Below the pieces are notes generated by a model, which did no database searches, was not told where the DNA came from, and worked only from the letters and a program-made list of their open reading frames with translations. From the NCBI RefSeq assembly GCF_018977255.1, contig NW_024704742.1, positions 95,854,001 to 95,918,000 on the forward strand: DNA of 64,000 nt. Reading direction: 5' to 3'. Shown piece after piece: positions 1 to 13,895 of this stretch; the first letter of the stretch is position 1, and each line of letters starts with the position of its first letter. Source of the stretch: Callorhinchus milii. Its lineage: Eukaryota. A program made the position numbers and the translations under genes.

Positions 1-128
1 GGCTCCATCTGCCTGTTTAGGTGAACATTAAATATCCCATAGCACAATTTGAAAAGAAGTGAAAATTTAACCTGGTGTCCTGGCCGGCCGTTTCCCAGAA
101 CAAAATTGGCCATTTGTGGGACATTTTA

Positions 129-484
129 GAGTCCTGTCGTGGAGTAGATAGTGCGCTTGCCTCGCAAACGAGAGGACCTGGGTTCAATTCACAGGCAGGG
201 CAATACCTTCGGTAAGTTTCCTTTCTCTTTACGCCTCTGTTTACCTAGCATGAAGTAGGAACATAGTTGTTAATCGATTGGCAGATTACTTTCCTGGAGA
301 GTAATATTCCTTCAAAAAAAAATTGATAAATTAATCCACGGGGACTCTGCTGTATGCTGTTGGTTGTTGCATTTTACCCACAAAGTGTACAGTCAATTCA
401 TGTTACAGTATATTCTGTGAAGCGCTTTGAAACGTCTCAAAGATCTTGTGAGACGCTATATCAAATGCAAGAATTATTATTATT
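129..484 (+). mobile_element. tRNA-derived SINE family A, long form (tRNA-Ala-like head, L2-type tail, (ATT)n end)
   Basis: Head GAGTCCTGT...GGTTCAATTC (B box); tail GCGCTTTGAAACGTC...TATCAAATGCAAGAATTATTATT; aligns by eye with the copies at 47471 and 59369. Confidence 0.85.
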
Positions 485-1896
485 GGGCAGGACACTGGGA
501 GAAACTCCCTTCTCTTTTCAAATAGTGCCATGGGATCTTTAATGTCCCAAGGGTGATCATTTCCAGCAAGCACACTTGAAATACTACTGTGCAGATGAGA
601 GCACACCAAGAGAAGATAATAAGAATGCTTCAGTACAATAAGATGGGTGTGAGCAAAACTGTGGGGGTAGTGAGACTCATCTGATAATTTGCATCATTAC
701 CGCATGAGAAGTTATCCCATACAGCATACAACAGAACACCACCCAACTACTGATGGATGGTCGTCCCCATAAACACATGTCATTCAAATGCTCCTGACTC
801 AACTGAGTAAATTTCTCTCTTCCCAGTCAGAGGCTTGGTCTCCGCTGAAGAAATGATACTTTGGGGAGAGCTGAACCAGCCATTTTTATCCCCCTAAAAT
901 CATGCTTCCTGACAGTTAATTATTGAGCAGACTGATCCCAATCACATAGAGGTCTACCATTCCTACTGTCAGGTTGAAGACACACAGTAAACAGCCCACA
1001 AAATGAATAAAATTGAACGTTCTTTCTGGTGAAATATGAAGCACAATGTAATAGGAAAGCTTGCTTCTTCCTTCTTAAAAAAAGTGTTAAATATTTTAAG
1101 AATGCAGCAGCTGCTCACTGTGATGATATCAGTGAATAGCAGCATCAATTATGTAACTGTGATTAAATTGGCAATCCTCATCTCCAAGATCTACACGAAT
1201 AGCCGGTGTGGGAGATGGAAATGGGGCAGTGGAGAGTGCTCTTCTGAGTTGGAGCTAAGGCAAGTTAATGGGGGCAGAGCGAAGGGAGCTTTGCTCTGCA
1301 GCTGGCTATATTATACTTGATCTGGGAATACGTGATGCTGATACAGGGTTCGTGGACATGAGAAAGTGGCTTCATTCACCAGCATTTAAGAAATAGAGCT
1401 GGAGTAAATGGAAAAACTAACTGGCATCAGCAATGCCATTTGGCGTAAGGGATGTCTGCATTTATAGCTTATGATTTCAGGGAAAATTCAGAAATGTGTC
1501 CCATTATCGATTTCACTGAGGAGAATACTGCAGGCAGGGGAATTTTATCAGGGCATAAAATTAGACAAGTAACATAGTGAAATGACCCCCTGGAGCCATG
1601 CAACACAGATTAAATCTACCCCCCAACCCCACCTGCCATTCAGCTTGGCTCCATTAGTGCCTGGAAGATGGTTCCTCACAAAGGGAATGATCAGAGGGTG
1701 GGTACTGACACCCTGCTCCCCAGAGCCCCCTGATGGCCAGGTTAAGAATTTCACCAGCAAGAATTTGAAAGCAACTCATCTGGCTATTTTCCCTACTACA
1801 ACAGCTTGCATATATATAGCGCCCTTCATGAGGGGTAGCGTCCTGGAGCGCTTAACAGTGACTACTGGAGTTTTTGAATGAAATATGGAAACCATG

Positions 1897-2112
1897 AAGA
1901 GAGGCAGGGAAAGAGAGATAAAGAGGGGGGAGAGGGAAAGTGAGTGGGAGAAAGAGAGAGAGAAAGAGAGAGAAGGGAGGGAAAGAGAGATAGAAGGGAA
2001 AGAAAGAGAGAGGAGAGAAAGAAAGAGAGAGAGAGAGTGGAGGGAAAGAAAGAGAGAGAGAGTGGAGGGAAAGAGAGAGAGAGGGGGAGGAAGAAAGAAA
2101 AGGGTGCAAAAA
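1897..2112. repeat. Polypurine (GA-rich) low-complexity tract
   Basis: About 215 bp almost entirely G/A; explains the Ser/Leu-rich and Arg/Glu-rich ORFs here. Confidence 0.95.
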
Positions 2113-3109
2113 GAGTATAACTGCCTGAAACAAACAGGCAAACTTTCTTTGTTACTGAATGAACATCTGACTCATCCACAGGCAAAACCTTGTGCCACTG
2201 AGATGTTTGCAGCTAGGCCAAATAGTTGGGCTGACAGCTAGAGCAGAGAAGGAGAGACTGAAGAATCAAACAGGGTCAGGGAAGAGAAAGAAAGAAAAAC
2301 ATTACACAAGAAATAAGGAAAGAGTAAAGATGGTTAAACTTACAGTTAGGGTTATTGTCTTGGGATGGTAGCTTATTAGAACTGTCTGCCAGTAACTGCA
2401 AGATAAGTATGGCATCAGAGTGAAACCTATCCTGATAGTGTTTGCATTCTGAAAAATGCCTTGCAGGTGGCAGATATTAGCTAAAGTACCTAACCACCGC
2501 AGTGTATTTATAGTCTTCCTATAATGGCAAGGAGGTTTGCCGCTGGCAGATAATTAAGCTCATATTTCTCACCTGGAACCTATTTGTTGGTATGAAAGCC
2601 CAACAACCAGGGAAAAAAGCTACAACAGTAACCCATCTATTGGATCCCATTGCTGCTAATATAGGGTCATGATCTAAAAACAGAGCCCCTCTATTAGAGA
2701 AAGGCAAGCAAACTGGAAGGAAATATCAAATTACCTGGGAAAATCTCAAAATCTGAATGGAGAATTTAGCAACCCCCTGAAGGTGAAAAGAAGCAGAATG
2801 TTTTGGGGGACAGATTCAGGCTACGTTGTTGGTTTTGTTTCCATTCCGTTCATTACCCTCGTCGAAGAGCTTTGTTTGTTGAGAAACATGTTCTCAAGGA
2901 GCCGAAAATCTTTGGAATGCAGTAGCCATTATGCCACTGATATGGGTGGAACATAACCCAAAGTGCAGTCAGGGAGGCAGATATTGGGGAGAGTGGAAAG
3001 CCCTGTAACTGGATTTCTCTCCACATCAGCATCAACAACAATAACATCAACACCACCACCAACAACAAATTACATTTGTCTAGTGCCTTTCACATCAGGA
3101 GAACTTAAC

Positions 3110-3590
3110 AACAACAACTTGCACTTATAAAGTGCGGTCCACGCAGGGTAGGGTCTCAGAGCGCTTAACAGTGGCAGAGCTTGACTCTGAGCCAGAGTGG
3201 GGGAGGTGGCCATAAGCACAGTCAAAGAGGAAGGTTTTCAGCTGTGACTTGAAAAAGGGGAGAGAGGGCAAGGCAGAAGGATTGAATGATCCAGAGTTTT
3301 GGCGCGTAGTGCCTGAAAGCGTGACCTCCGATGGTGGAGTGAGGGACAAGCAGGAGGCTGGTGCCAGTCAAGTGGAGGTGCTGGGTGGTGGATTGGGGTG
3401 AGTAGGTTGGAGAGGTAGGGAGGTGCCAGAGAGTGAAGGGATTTGAACACAAGTGTGACGATCTTGAAGTCGATCCATTCGGTGATGGGGAGCTATTGGA
3501 GCCTGGCCAGAACTGGTGAGCTGTAGATACGGAGCTTGATCCGGATAAGTATGTGGGCGACAGAGTTCTGAAATGGGCTGGATCCTTTAA
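3110..3590 (-). mobile_element. L2-clade LINE 3' fragment
   Basis: Minus-strand translation FKSLHSLAPPYLSNLL...FRHYAPKLW...FKSQLKTFLF is typical of the L2 ORF2 C-terminus; (TTG)n tail. Confidence 0.85.
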
Positions 3591-5270
3591 ATACAACTCA
3601 AAGCGCATCAACAGGTTCAGGGCTCGGAGCGGAGAACTACGATCATGAGTAATAGAGCACTGATGTTCAAATTAAGTTTAGCAGTTAGCTAGTCTCCCTT
3701 AGAAGACTTTTCAATTCAGCTGAAATCTTCATTCGAATTCTAACGCTAATAAATACCTATTTCATCCTGATCAATCTGGAGTACCAACTGATTTAATAGG
3801 CCATTCCAACTACATTACCCTTCTGTAAATGCCTCTGTACTGAATGCAAAAACTAAAACTAAAAAACTAAAATAGCCGATGACCCAGTATCTCAATGGGT
3901 CTATTAAATAGACACTGCAATGTATTTATACTGTACTCCAAGTCTCTCCTAAATATCAGTACTTACTGTCTGATATTATTTGGCTGCCAGCATTTCTTTC
4001 TGAAAGGTATAGCCCTGGGTGCTAATTCAGTTGGGTTTTGACTGATCATCCTTGTCAATTGAATTACCTCTGAGTGGTAATACAGGAAGTTTTTTTTTAC
4101 AATTTATGGCAAACATTAATGCCATTAAAGGTTATAGTACACTGAGCTGATTTTATGAAAGAGAAATCCGATATATTCAGGTTTTGGATCATGTTGAAAC
4201 ATGGATTTTCCTTCATATAATACTGATATATAATATTATTTTATCGAAATAACTATTTAAGGTGCATATGTACAGTAAGAGATTTAGGAATGGGAAAATA
4301 CCATTAGGCCCAACAAGCCAATGCTTTTATAAATCCCAACCTCACCAATGGGCTTCTCTCCATCTCATGTTTCTGTTTCACATTGAACTGTTGGACTGGA
4401 TAAGTAACTACATTTTAACTTAGGACTTTAGTTAGCAAGTGCCACATTTTCCATTTTCCCATTTTAAGCTCTAAAGACATGCCTTAATAGGCATTCCCTA
4501 CAAGCAACTCACATGGAAATCAAATGACCATTATTAAAGGCTTATGCTCATGCCAAACACTGTTCCAAGATCTTTAACCCATTACTATTTATACAGAGAG
4601 CATCTCTTACATATATTTCACATGTAAAAATGGAGTTGTCTTCTTCTCAAAGCTTTTCTCAAAAACATTTATAATTATCCATGTAAATAAATGGAGTAAA
4701 ATTGCATTGTAGTGATTTTGAGTCTTTAGGTTGTTTCTGTGGAATCCATTAAACCATCCAGAAAAACATGAATTAAATTAGCCCTGTGGGATAAAAGACT
4801 TGGCAGGATATTACATTTTTATGAAAGGACTATTGCATTCCTTTGCTGCTAAGAAAGGACCTATTAACTGAAAAAGTACATGCCCACATGGATTAAATTA
4901 GGCCACTCTTTATGTTCCATTTTAAATTCTAATAAAGTAATGCTTTCTGATTCAGCCATGCATTTAGGATCTAAAATGGGTGGTTGAATGTATTTCAAGC
5001 AATTAAGCATTATTTTAGCACTATCAAACGTTACTGTGTTGCCATATCCATAAGCCAGTTAGTTTATATGATAATCTTTCGAAAACAGCAATTTGCTTTT
5101 TAAAGCTCAAGGGGACTTGGGCTTGACAACAATCAAGCCATTTGTAGCAGAGCTGCAGAGTTGGAGATCTATTGTTTTACTTCAGTGAGAATTATTCCTC
5201 TAGTTTTTATACAGAACAGTTGGAGAAAAACTACGTTGAAATAGTCAAAAAAAATTATCAAGAGATCTGA

Positions 5271-5628
5271 TGTCAGCTTGGCAAGCTCGCTATTGGGACT
5301 TGAATTCTCATTCCAGGCCAACTACTCCAGTGCTGTCTTGGGAAACATTGCATTGTCAGAGGTGCTGTCCTTCGGATGAGACATCAAACCGTGGTCTTCA
5401 GGTGGATGCTAAAGATGTCTTGGCACTATTCAAAACGCGAACGGTGTTTTTCCTGGTGTTCTGGCCAACAACTCCCACCCAGATAAATTGGTCATTCCCT
5501 TCATGTCTGCCTATAGGACGTTACTGTGTGTAAATTGGTTGCTGTGTTTTCCTATAAATGGAATCACTTCACTTAGAGCAATTCATCATGAAGTTTGGGA
5601 CACTATACCAAATGCATAGATTATTAGC
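5271..5628 (+). mobile_element. SacSINE1-like Deu-domain SINE (family B)
   Basis: TGTCAGAGGTGCTGTCCTTCGGATGAGACATCAAACCG...CAGGTGGATGCTAAAGAT...GGCACTATT resembles the recalled Deu core; shared with many copies in the window. Confidence 0.75.
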
Positions 5629-6679
5629 AGTAGTTAAGTGATATTTAACTCAGCACATTTACTCAGCCCATATCTAACCTGGGGATGTTGTCATGTGGAC
5701 ATAAATGAGAAAGTAATGAGTGCAAAGCCAGCACGTCTTCTGTACTCGCTTTCAACGTGAAAACAGCACCAAACAGGCATATCATTAGTGCTTTGGTAAA
5801 TAAACAGATTTCACAAGCATCGGAAAGTTTGAATAGTCTATCAGATTCGATGTCAGTGATGGGACACTTGAAATTGCATCTGACAGTCACTTGGGAAGGA
5901 GAATTATGGAGTGGCCTCCGTCAGCTGCACACACAGCCTGGCATTGCTGAGAGGAGTTCTCTCAGCTTGATTGCGTGTGTGCACAGGGAATACTGTACAT
6001 CTCATCCAGCATCAGAGAGACAGACCACTTCCTTTTTCAGTGCAGACATTACTTAGGCCTATAACATTCCTAAGAATCTATTAATTCTGCCTCCAGGTCA
6101 ACTACCTGAGTGGTTAAAAAATGGCTATTATTCTGAAAGCCCCACTGCGTCAGAGCAACACACTAACAATTATCAGTCATGACATCTGAAAAAAATTCTG
6201 TTCATGCTGTATTTTGATTTCTGCAGGTTTTCCTCTCCTTCCTCAATAGCTTCTGTAATTAATTATAGATGATATGTGGCAGGGTTTCAGGTAGGTCTGT
6301 CCCTCTGTAATTTTTATTGGGTTTTTACAGGCTTCCTGGTAGTTTCTGTGTTTGTGATGCTGACTGATGGGGGTGAAACTTTTGAATGATCCCGACTCTA
6401 CCTTGGTCATTGTGCTGTGGTGTGAATGGGGCTTTTTCTATGGTGTCAACAGTTAAGATTTCGAACTCAGTGCCAATGTAGCTGCCATCACCCAGCAACA
6501 GAGAAAATGAATGACCCACCACTCCATTAGCAGATTCATGATGATTGACCTAGCCCTGAGAAGAGTGTTTGTTTTTTGAGATTAGAATATTTTAAATAAA
6601 ACACCGGATCTCAGCTTTGTAGATCTCTTAATAGCAAATACATTGAAACAGAGAGCAATCCTGAAACACAGAATAAAAA

Positions 6680-6880
6680 GTCTCAGGTTTGATTCTCAAC
6701 AATGTGCAGAGTTTGCTGATGTTGGTTCGTGTAGCATTCCGCGGGGGGTGTTGTGTGTTGTAGGAGGGGAGGGCTACGATTAATCTCAGTACCTCTGGGC
6801 TCAGGAAGCTAAAGATCAGTCCTTATTTCTGTTCCTGATCGCTTGCTATTCCACTGGCCCCTCTTGGAAAGCGTATTCTG
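6680..6880 (+). mobile_element. Old SINE-like repeat (family C) fragment
   Basis: TGTGCAGAGTTTGCTGAT...CTCAGTACCTCTGGGCT...CCTGATCGCT...CCCCTCTTGGAAAG shared with 33540 and 54170. Confidence 0.55.
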
Positions 6881-9800
6881 AGGGTAAAATAAATATTTGG
6901 CATGAAAGCAGAAACCAAGCTTCTCAGAGGCTTTACCAATGGAGGAAAGGTGAGAATGCTATTTGAGATCAGAGGAGAGGGGGAAGCCAAGAACGTCAAC
7001 AGATCAAGAAAGATTAGGAGTGGAGTCATTTAAGAGACGAGGTGATAGCTGTTGGTTAGACTTGTGAGACACATCAAAAAAATGTCTTTTGAGGAATTGA
7101 AGGAAATAAGATTATCATTGCCCTGTCAAAGGGCATAGAGAAGATCAAAGCTCAGACACTTTACTCCACTGGAAGAGTGAAGGTTGGTAAATGTAGAGTG
7201 GAATCATCAGAAAAAAGGAAAAAAGGAGCAAAGTGTGAGAGAAACCAGAACCTGGGGAATCCTAAAATTAATGCCCAAAGAGTCAAAGGATGAAGCCTTT
7301 ACTAAGGCACGAAAATGGTCTAAAATGCACTATTTCAAATGGGATTGTTTGATAAGCAATCCAAGTTGTGTAAATGAGAATTCCTCCAGGTTAGTGACAA
7401 ACTGTTCACCTCACAACAAAGACCTCTGTTTTAAGGGAAAACAACATTATTCCCAGTTTGGAATTTTTGCTTGCCAAAGTCTCAGATATTAATGATTAAA
7501 TCACCTATTCTTTCCCAAGTGATTATTGGGGACATGGCTTTATCTAAGAGCAACTCTCCAGGAAATTGGGTGCCTGAAGTGGTGGCTGTAGATCATAATT
7601 CTCAGCCTGGCTCAGTACTAATACTACTGCTTCTGGAAAGATGAGATCAGATGGGCTGAACAGCCTTCTTCATTCAAACTAATCTTGTGATCTTGTGAGT
7701 TGGTAGAATTCACACCTCTGGGTCAGAAAGTTGTGCGCTGAAGCTACTTGTTGGGGACTCTGAGCTCAAAGTCTGAGTTGAAACTCTAGTGCAGGGTTTG
7801 GGAACCCTCCATTTTAAGTGACGATGTCCATCAGATGTGATTCTCTTAAAGCTGTACATGGTAAATCAAAGAATATCAATATTCAAAACACAGTCTGAAG
7901 TGTAGATTAGTTAACATTCACAGCACCGTTAATGCTGACAGTAAAATGGTGGTTGGTTTTAATTTTCATAATCTAAACTTTTAACAAGATGGTTTGGGGC
8001 AACATTAATAAAGATACCAGTTATGTTGTTTCCCAGTCCCCTGTTGAGCAAACTTAGATCCCACCAGCACCGACGGGCATCAAGGAAATAGTCAAGGAAA
8101 AGAGAATCTGTTTAATTTTACTGAGTGTGAATGGAATTAATGAACTTGGGAGAGAACAGTGGGTTTTAATTGAGGCGATACAAAGACTGAAGGACTTTAA
8201 CTGTGGTCTTGCCTTTCAATCAAGTGGCCTGTCCTCACTTACAAAACCACTGCACTCCCACATAGCCATTACTGCTTAGAAACTGTCCACGCTGATTCAG
8301 AACAATTTAAGAGTGGACATGTTAGCTTGTTAAGGGCATTGGCATGCAAGAAACACAATTCTATCATAATAATCATCGTTTTCATATTGTTGATTAACGA
8401 CAACTTTGCAAAGCACTGTCTCAGCCAATTAATATTTATTTATCTTTAATAGTAGAAGCAAAAAAGCCTCCACACTTGTGTAACCTGAGCATGAGCAAGC
8501 CAATGTGTAATTTGTCATTTTCTTATTTAATCCTTACATGTGGTTTTAATTTAGTATAAAGACCTCAGAAGCCGGGCTCGGTATCCTCACACCAAAGCTG
8601 GTTTAGATTATGTGCAGCAACTTCTTAAGCATATTAGCAACAAGAACAAGCTGTCCTCTTGCTAACTGGTCGTGCTTTGTTCTTGATTGTGGAAAATCTT
8701 GGTTTAACTGCCCTGTAATTTGTTGCAGATCGCTACTGCCCCAGCTGCTGCCCTGGCAAATGATTAAACACACCCAAACAGCTTTCCTTTTGCACAAATA
8801 ACACGAGTGTGCCAAAGCCCACAAAAGTCATGGAAAATTCCTTTCATTTCTTGCACGATCAAAAAAAAAAGAGAGAAACCTGAAAAGAATTATAGCTCAA
8901 TAAAATCCGCTGAAAATCGAGGTTTATTAATCATATTCTTTTAATTCCTTTTTGATAGGTTTTACCTCAAAGTTGACACAGTGTCTTTACTGGTGCGGTA
9001 AGCACCAATTCTGCAATACCTCTTTAAGAGAAGGTACGTCCACTGAAGATGTAGCCTATACTTATGCATCAGCAGCTTGGGTCTGTTTGGAATCAGTCTG
9101 AGATAATGGGGTTTAAAAAGCGTTTGCTGGGAAAGCGGAAACATAAATGGCGTCTTGAGACATAATGTGTGTCTCCTCCAGGGAACCAGACGTGTGAGAA
9201 CTCCAAGGTGTGCTTTCAATTCAGTCCTGTCTGAATAAACAAGTGTCATGTAGCACTGTATGCCACTATCTCATTATTACGTGGTGTCAGAAGTAAAAAA
9301 TTTTATATTAAAAACTTCATATTAAAGTGGAGAAGATGGAACAAATAAAATTGGTCATCCACTTCTTGGTACTTTGTGGTACTTATATCGGCTGTCATTT
9401 TCACCTACATACATACATGCAGCCACTGCACTTCACAGTAAAATGCTGTGAAGTTCTTTAAGACATCATCTTGACTTGCAAGGCCCTGTATCAAATGCAA
9501 GGATTATTTATTGATTTAAATGAAACCTTCATAGCTCTTTGAGCTTCGCAGGTAAATTCGCTGAAAAGTGACTGCAGAATTTCACTTTTTTTAAAATCTT
9601 TAAGAAAATGAAATTGCTGAAAGCCTCCGTTCTACCTGACTGAGGGTCATTCAGTCAATGTTCATAACTCCCTCAGATGGGAAGAAAAAGGTTATATGAA
9701 AATGGATTAGGTTGTTGAAAAAGTTCAAACTCAATTCATTCGCCACAAGAATATAATCTTGAGAAAGGAATGCTTTATTTTCTCCTATCATTTTTCTCCC

Positions 9801-9884
9801 CTCTCCACTGTTCCTCCTTTCCATAAGGTACTTGACTCTGTTTCCCTTCCAGAGGGGTAACTTCCATCTGCGGCCTTCTGCTAC

Positions 9885-9980
9885 TTTGCTCAAGTGGCCA
9901 TTATTCATGTGTTTGCCTTGACAGCGATTGTTGGCAGGCTATTCAACCATGGAGGAATATCACAACCAAGCCTGATCTCT
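9885..9980 (-). mobile_element. Family C 3' fragment
   Basis: AAGTGGCCATTATTCATGTGT...GGCAGGCTATTCAACC is closely similar to 40012-40070. Confidence 0.6.
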
Positions 9981-10659
9981 CATGTCTTAGCATTATGTCC
10001 AATGACATAACATTTAAGATTCAGCAGAATACTTTTGGAGCACTCTCAATTTCAGTCTTACTTTGGAAGCTAGAAGCTCAAAACTAAACCCGGTTTATTT
10101 TAAGGTTAATTCACCACCGTCTTGGGATATCCTCCTGACATTCTGCCCAAACTTAAATTTGAAGCCATTTGAAGCTATGACTAAGTGAAATTTCAGGCTA
10201 TAGTTATCAGCAGACCTTAACCTTCCAGTCAGTATGGCTCACTGCTGCACAGGATGACATTTTTGGTCACCAGACCACTTGGGGGAGTGGAAAGTCATGT
10301 TTTGAGTACTAGAATACTTTGTGTGTCACCCTGGTTCAGCTGGAAACATTCTCACCTCTGAGTCATAAGGTTATGGGTTCAAACCCCAGCTAATAGCTAA
10401 CAGTCTGAATAGAGATCAATATTTCTGTGGAATATGAAGTAGTCAAGTGAATCCGATTTCACATTAGTCAAAGCCATTGACATTTGCAGAACAAGTGAAA
10501 TGAGTGTGCCACACACAAATTCACCATTGCTCAGTGTCAAATCCAAAGCACACGCTATTGAAAACCAAAATAGAGCAAACAAATCAACAGTACTTGCAAG
10601 TAGCAAATCTGTTAAATGCATCATTGTTTGTAATGGAGGTGGTATCCATTATTTCTCTA

Positions 10660-10920
10660 CTCTTTTCTTATCCCGCTCTTCTGCTCACTTGCTCAGCTAA
10701 CTCTGGCCTCCTGTGCACCCCCACCCCCTCCACACCACCTTCAGTGGCCTAGCCTTCAGTCACTATGCCCTTAACCTCTGGAACTCCCTGTCTCTTTCCC
10801 TACACTTTACCCTTTTTTATGTGGCTTTAATTCCTCTGGCCACCTCCCCTTTCTTCCTTGTACTTCTTCCGACACCTCCACTGTAAAGTACTATGATCCT
10901 ACACGAAGGGCGCTATATAA
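10660..10920 (+). mobile_element. L2 LINE 3' fragment
   Basis: CTCTGGCCTCCTGTGCACCCC...GCCTTCAGTCACTATGCCC...CTCTGGAACTCCC, ending GGGCGCTATATAA. Confidence 0.7.
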
Positions 10921-11298
10921 TAATAATAATAACCCTTGCATTTAATATAGCGCCTTATTATATCTATGAGACGTCTCAAAGCATCTCACACTTCACAGAA
11001 TATACTGCAAAGTGAATTGACTGTATATTTTGTGGGCGAAATGCGGCAGCCATTTGCACACAGCAGTGTCCCACAAATAGTTGTGGATTGAGTGAACAAA
11101 TTATTATTTTTTTAAGGGATTATTACTGCCGGGAATGCGATCCCGCAATCGACTAACAACCGGGTTCCTACTTACTGCTAGGTGAACGAGGTGGTGTGGA
11201 GTAAAGAAACTCGCCCAACTTTTCGCCCTGCCTGGGAATCAAACCTGGGTCCTCTTGCTTGCGAGGTGAGTGCTTTAACCACTAAACTACAGTTCTCC
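10921..11298 (-). mobile_element. SINE family A, long form
   Basis: Reverse complement shows the tRNA-like head, the CCTAGCAGTAAGTAGG segment and the family A tail. Confidence 0.85.
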
Positions 11299-13749
11299 AT
11301 GCAAGTTGTTTAAATCTCATTTTGAATACAAGAGAGGTCCAGCACAAGACATTTGGCATCTGTGGCCTGTGACAAGCTAAACCATATCCTGACACTGTTA
11401 CATCCAGGCTGCGGAAAACTAAACCAAACAGTGCATCTGACAGATAAACCAAAGACATGCTGTCTCTGAGTCAGAGGCTGAATTATTCATGTAAGTTTTG
11501 AACAAGGGAGTTCTAGGTTTAAAATAAGTGAAATAAAAGCAGAAGTGCAGAAGATTAAAATAAAAAGATGATGAGTATGTGGAACAAACTATCAGCTGGT
11601 GAAACAAATAATGATAAATAGCTTATATAGATAGCAGACAAGTAACTATAAGAAGGTTTCCAAAAGGAAACAGACAAAAAGACAAAAGGAACCAGAATAC
11701 TACCACTAATAATAATAATCCTTCCATTTGATATGGCACCTATCATGTCAGGAGGACGTCGCAAATTGCTTCACAGGATTTACTGCAAAGTGTTCATCAC
11801 ATCAAATTTTGTGGGAAACATTTGAGTTTCAGTCCATTATAAATGGTCAGTTTTGGAGGTTAAGAGCCTCTCCCCAAAAACAACAACAATTTGCATATAT
11901 AACACCCTTCACGCAGGTACCCACCCCCCCAGCTCACACACACCACACAGACAGTGGTTAATCCCCAAGATTTCAATGGTGCTGTTCTTTCTGCTTATCG
12001 TGCAGGGTGGCATTCCAGGGCTGATGAGCAGCTGTGAGACTCTAATCTCAGAAACACAAATGACAACATCAACAACAACTTGTATTTATATAGCATCCTT
12101 CAGTCCGTGTCGTGTCTCGCAGCTCTTAATAGTGGCAGAGCTTGATGCCTAGCTACGGAGAGGGGAGAAGTGACCGTAGGCACACAATTTTCACACAGCA
12201 ATGTCCCACAATGAGCCATGAATTGAATGATATATTTCGGCATGGTGAGAAAGTGTTATATGAGTGGGGCTTGAACCTTTTGACTCAAAGGCAAGAGTTT
12301 CACCAACCGAACCAGGCTGACACCTGGCTGATGGTGGAAATCTCAAACAAAACCAGAAATCCTGAAAATTCACAGCAGCGAAACCAGCAACTGAAAGATG
12401 AAGAGAGTCCAACAATTCGGTAGAGCTTATTAAAGGCAACACCAGGAACATGGGCCTGGTTGACCGGCCTGCTGTGGATTTCCAGCATCTCTGTTTCTGA
12501 TTAAGGTACAGACTTGTTTGCCTGCCAGTAAGACAAATCAAATAGCTAACTTCTGTAGTTGTGAACCTGTGACCTGCACCTGCACTTTAGAGGCTCCATT
12601 GCAGAGCAATAATGAAAGAGTTGAGTCAATCCAGGAAAAACAACTTCAAAGAAATCAAAACCCTATCGTGACTAATGCTAATGGTACTCATGGATGTAAA
12701 TCTGCAGATGAGATGTCGATTAGAACCAGAAGTGCCTGAATGATGGAGGCAGAACAACCCTCTCATCTGCTTGGAGTACTCAGCCGGTTCACTCTGAACG
12801 CTATTCGTCGGATCCATTAAAGGGTTAACTTAATTGTCACTATCCTAGAGTTAATTTTGCATTGTGTGTTCTATTTTGAGTGATGACTAATGTGAATATC
12901 TTCATATTTAAAAGGAGATGAAACATAGGCTGAATTGTGTAATGTCACTTTAAGAGAAGGTACTTTGATTGAAGCTGCAGCCAAGATGTATTTGTGCCTA
13001 TTTCACAAGTTACGTGTCAGTTTAGAGTCAGGTTGAGATAGTGTGTGCTTTCAATCCAGATTTATCTGAGCAAACAAGTGCTGTGCTGTGGTGTGCAGTC
13101 TCCTTATTACTACAGTCAGACAGTCTGGAAAAGTACCATTTGTGTTCTCTCCTTTCTACCTTCCTGCTGAATACAGGAGCTTCTCGAAAAGCACAACTTT
13201 ATATACATTTCAGTCTCGTTGTCTCTTTTCCAGTCTTCAAAGCAAACATAATGAAGGAGTTAGCAGCATTTATAATGCTGAGTGAGAAATTTCAGAGCTT
13301 CTGTGCTTTATCATTTGACTTACCTGGTTTAGAAGAGAATCCTTATGCAATGGTTGTGTTACAACAGGGCACATCAGTGATTCATTCTTACTACTGTAGT
13401 TACTCATTCAATACAAATAACTGTTCAGGCTATTAAAATCTTGTAGAAATGGTATTTTTTTAGAGAAATATTGAATCCAAATATGTGAAGATTAAACATT
13501 CTAAAAATACACCCAAAATTTGCAATGTCTCATTCTGCTGAACGTCTGATATTTTTCCCTGTTTACCGCCTGATGATGTTTTCTGTATCCTGGTCTTTAG
13601 TCTACTATGGAGCTACTTCTCTTGAAAATGTTTGATTAAAAGTAATTCGTCTTTTCCTATTCAGTTACTGAAAATGTTAATTTTAATTCACCTTATTTGT
13701 CTGTCTGTCTGTTTGATTGTTTGTTTGTTTATCTATTTATTTATATTTA

Positions 13750-13895
13750 TCAGCCGGGTGTCTGACACAAGCGGAAACCCATTGCCATGCTTATGAGTAT
13801 CCAAACCAAACTGCATGCCACCTACACATTCTGTGTTTTGAATGGAATGCACACTCTCTCACGGGGATGCATCCTGCTTATCTATTTCCATGATG
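13750..13895 (+). repeat. Unclassified dispersed repeat (family D) fragment
   Basis: CCATGCTTATGAGTATCCAAAC and GAATGGAATGCACACTCTC...CCTGCTTA match the copies at 48440-48810 (minus) and 41240. Confidence 0.65.

Noticed and set aside
1776..2241. Ser/Leu-rich and Arg/Glu-rich ORFs
   Set aside because: Artefacts of the GA tract.
8641..8685. Hairpin CAAGAACAA...TTGTTCTTG
   Set aside because: Stem of only about 11 bp with a large loop; within chance.
9182..9207. 26-nt micro-exon between CTCCTCCAG and GTGTGC
   Set aside because: Weak donor, length not a multiple of three, and no supporting context.
13324..13395. Perfect minus-strand donor CAG/GTAAGT with a short open frame
   Set aside because: No polypyrimidine acceptor upstream and the peptide is unrecognised; expected by chance in 64 kb.
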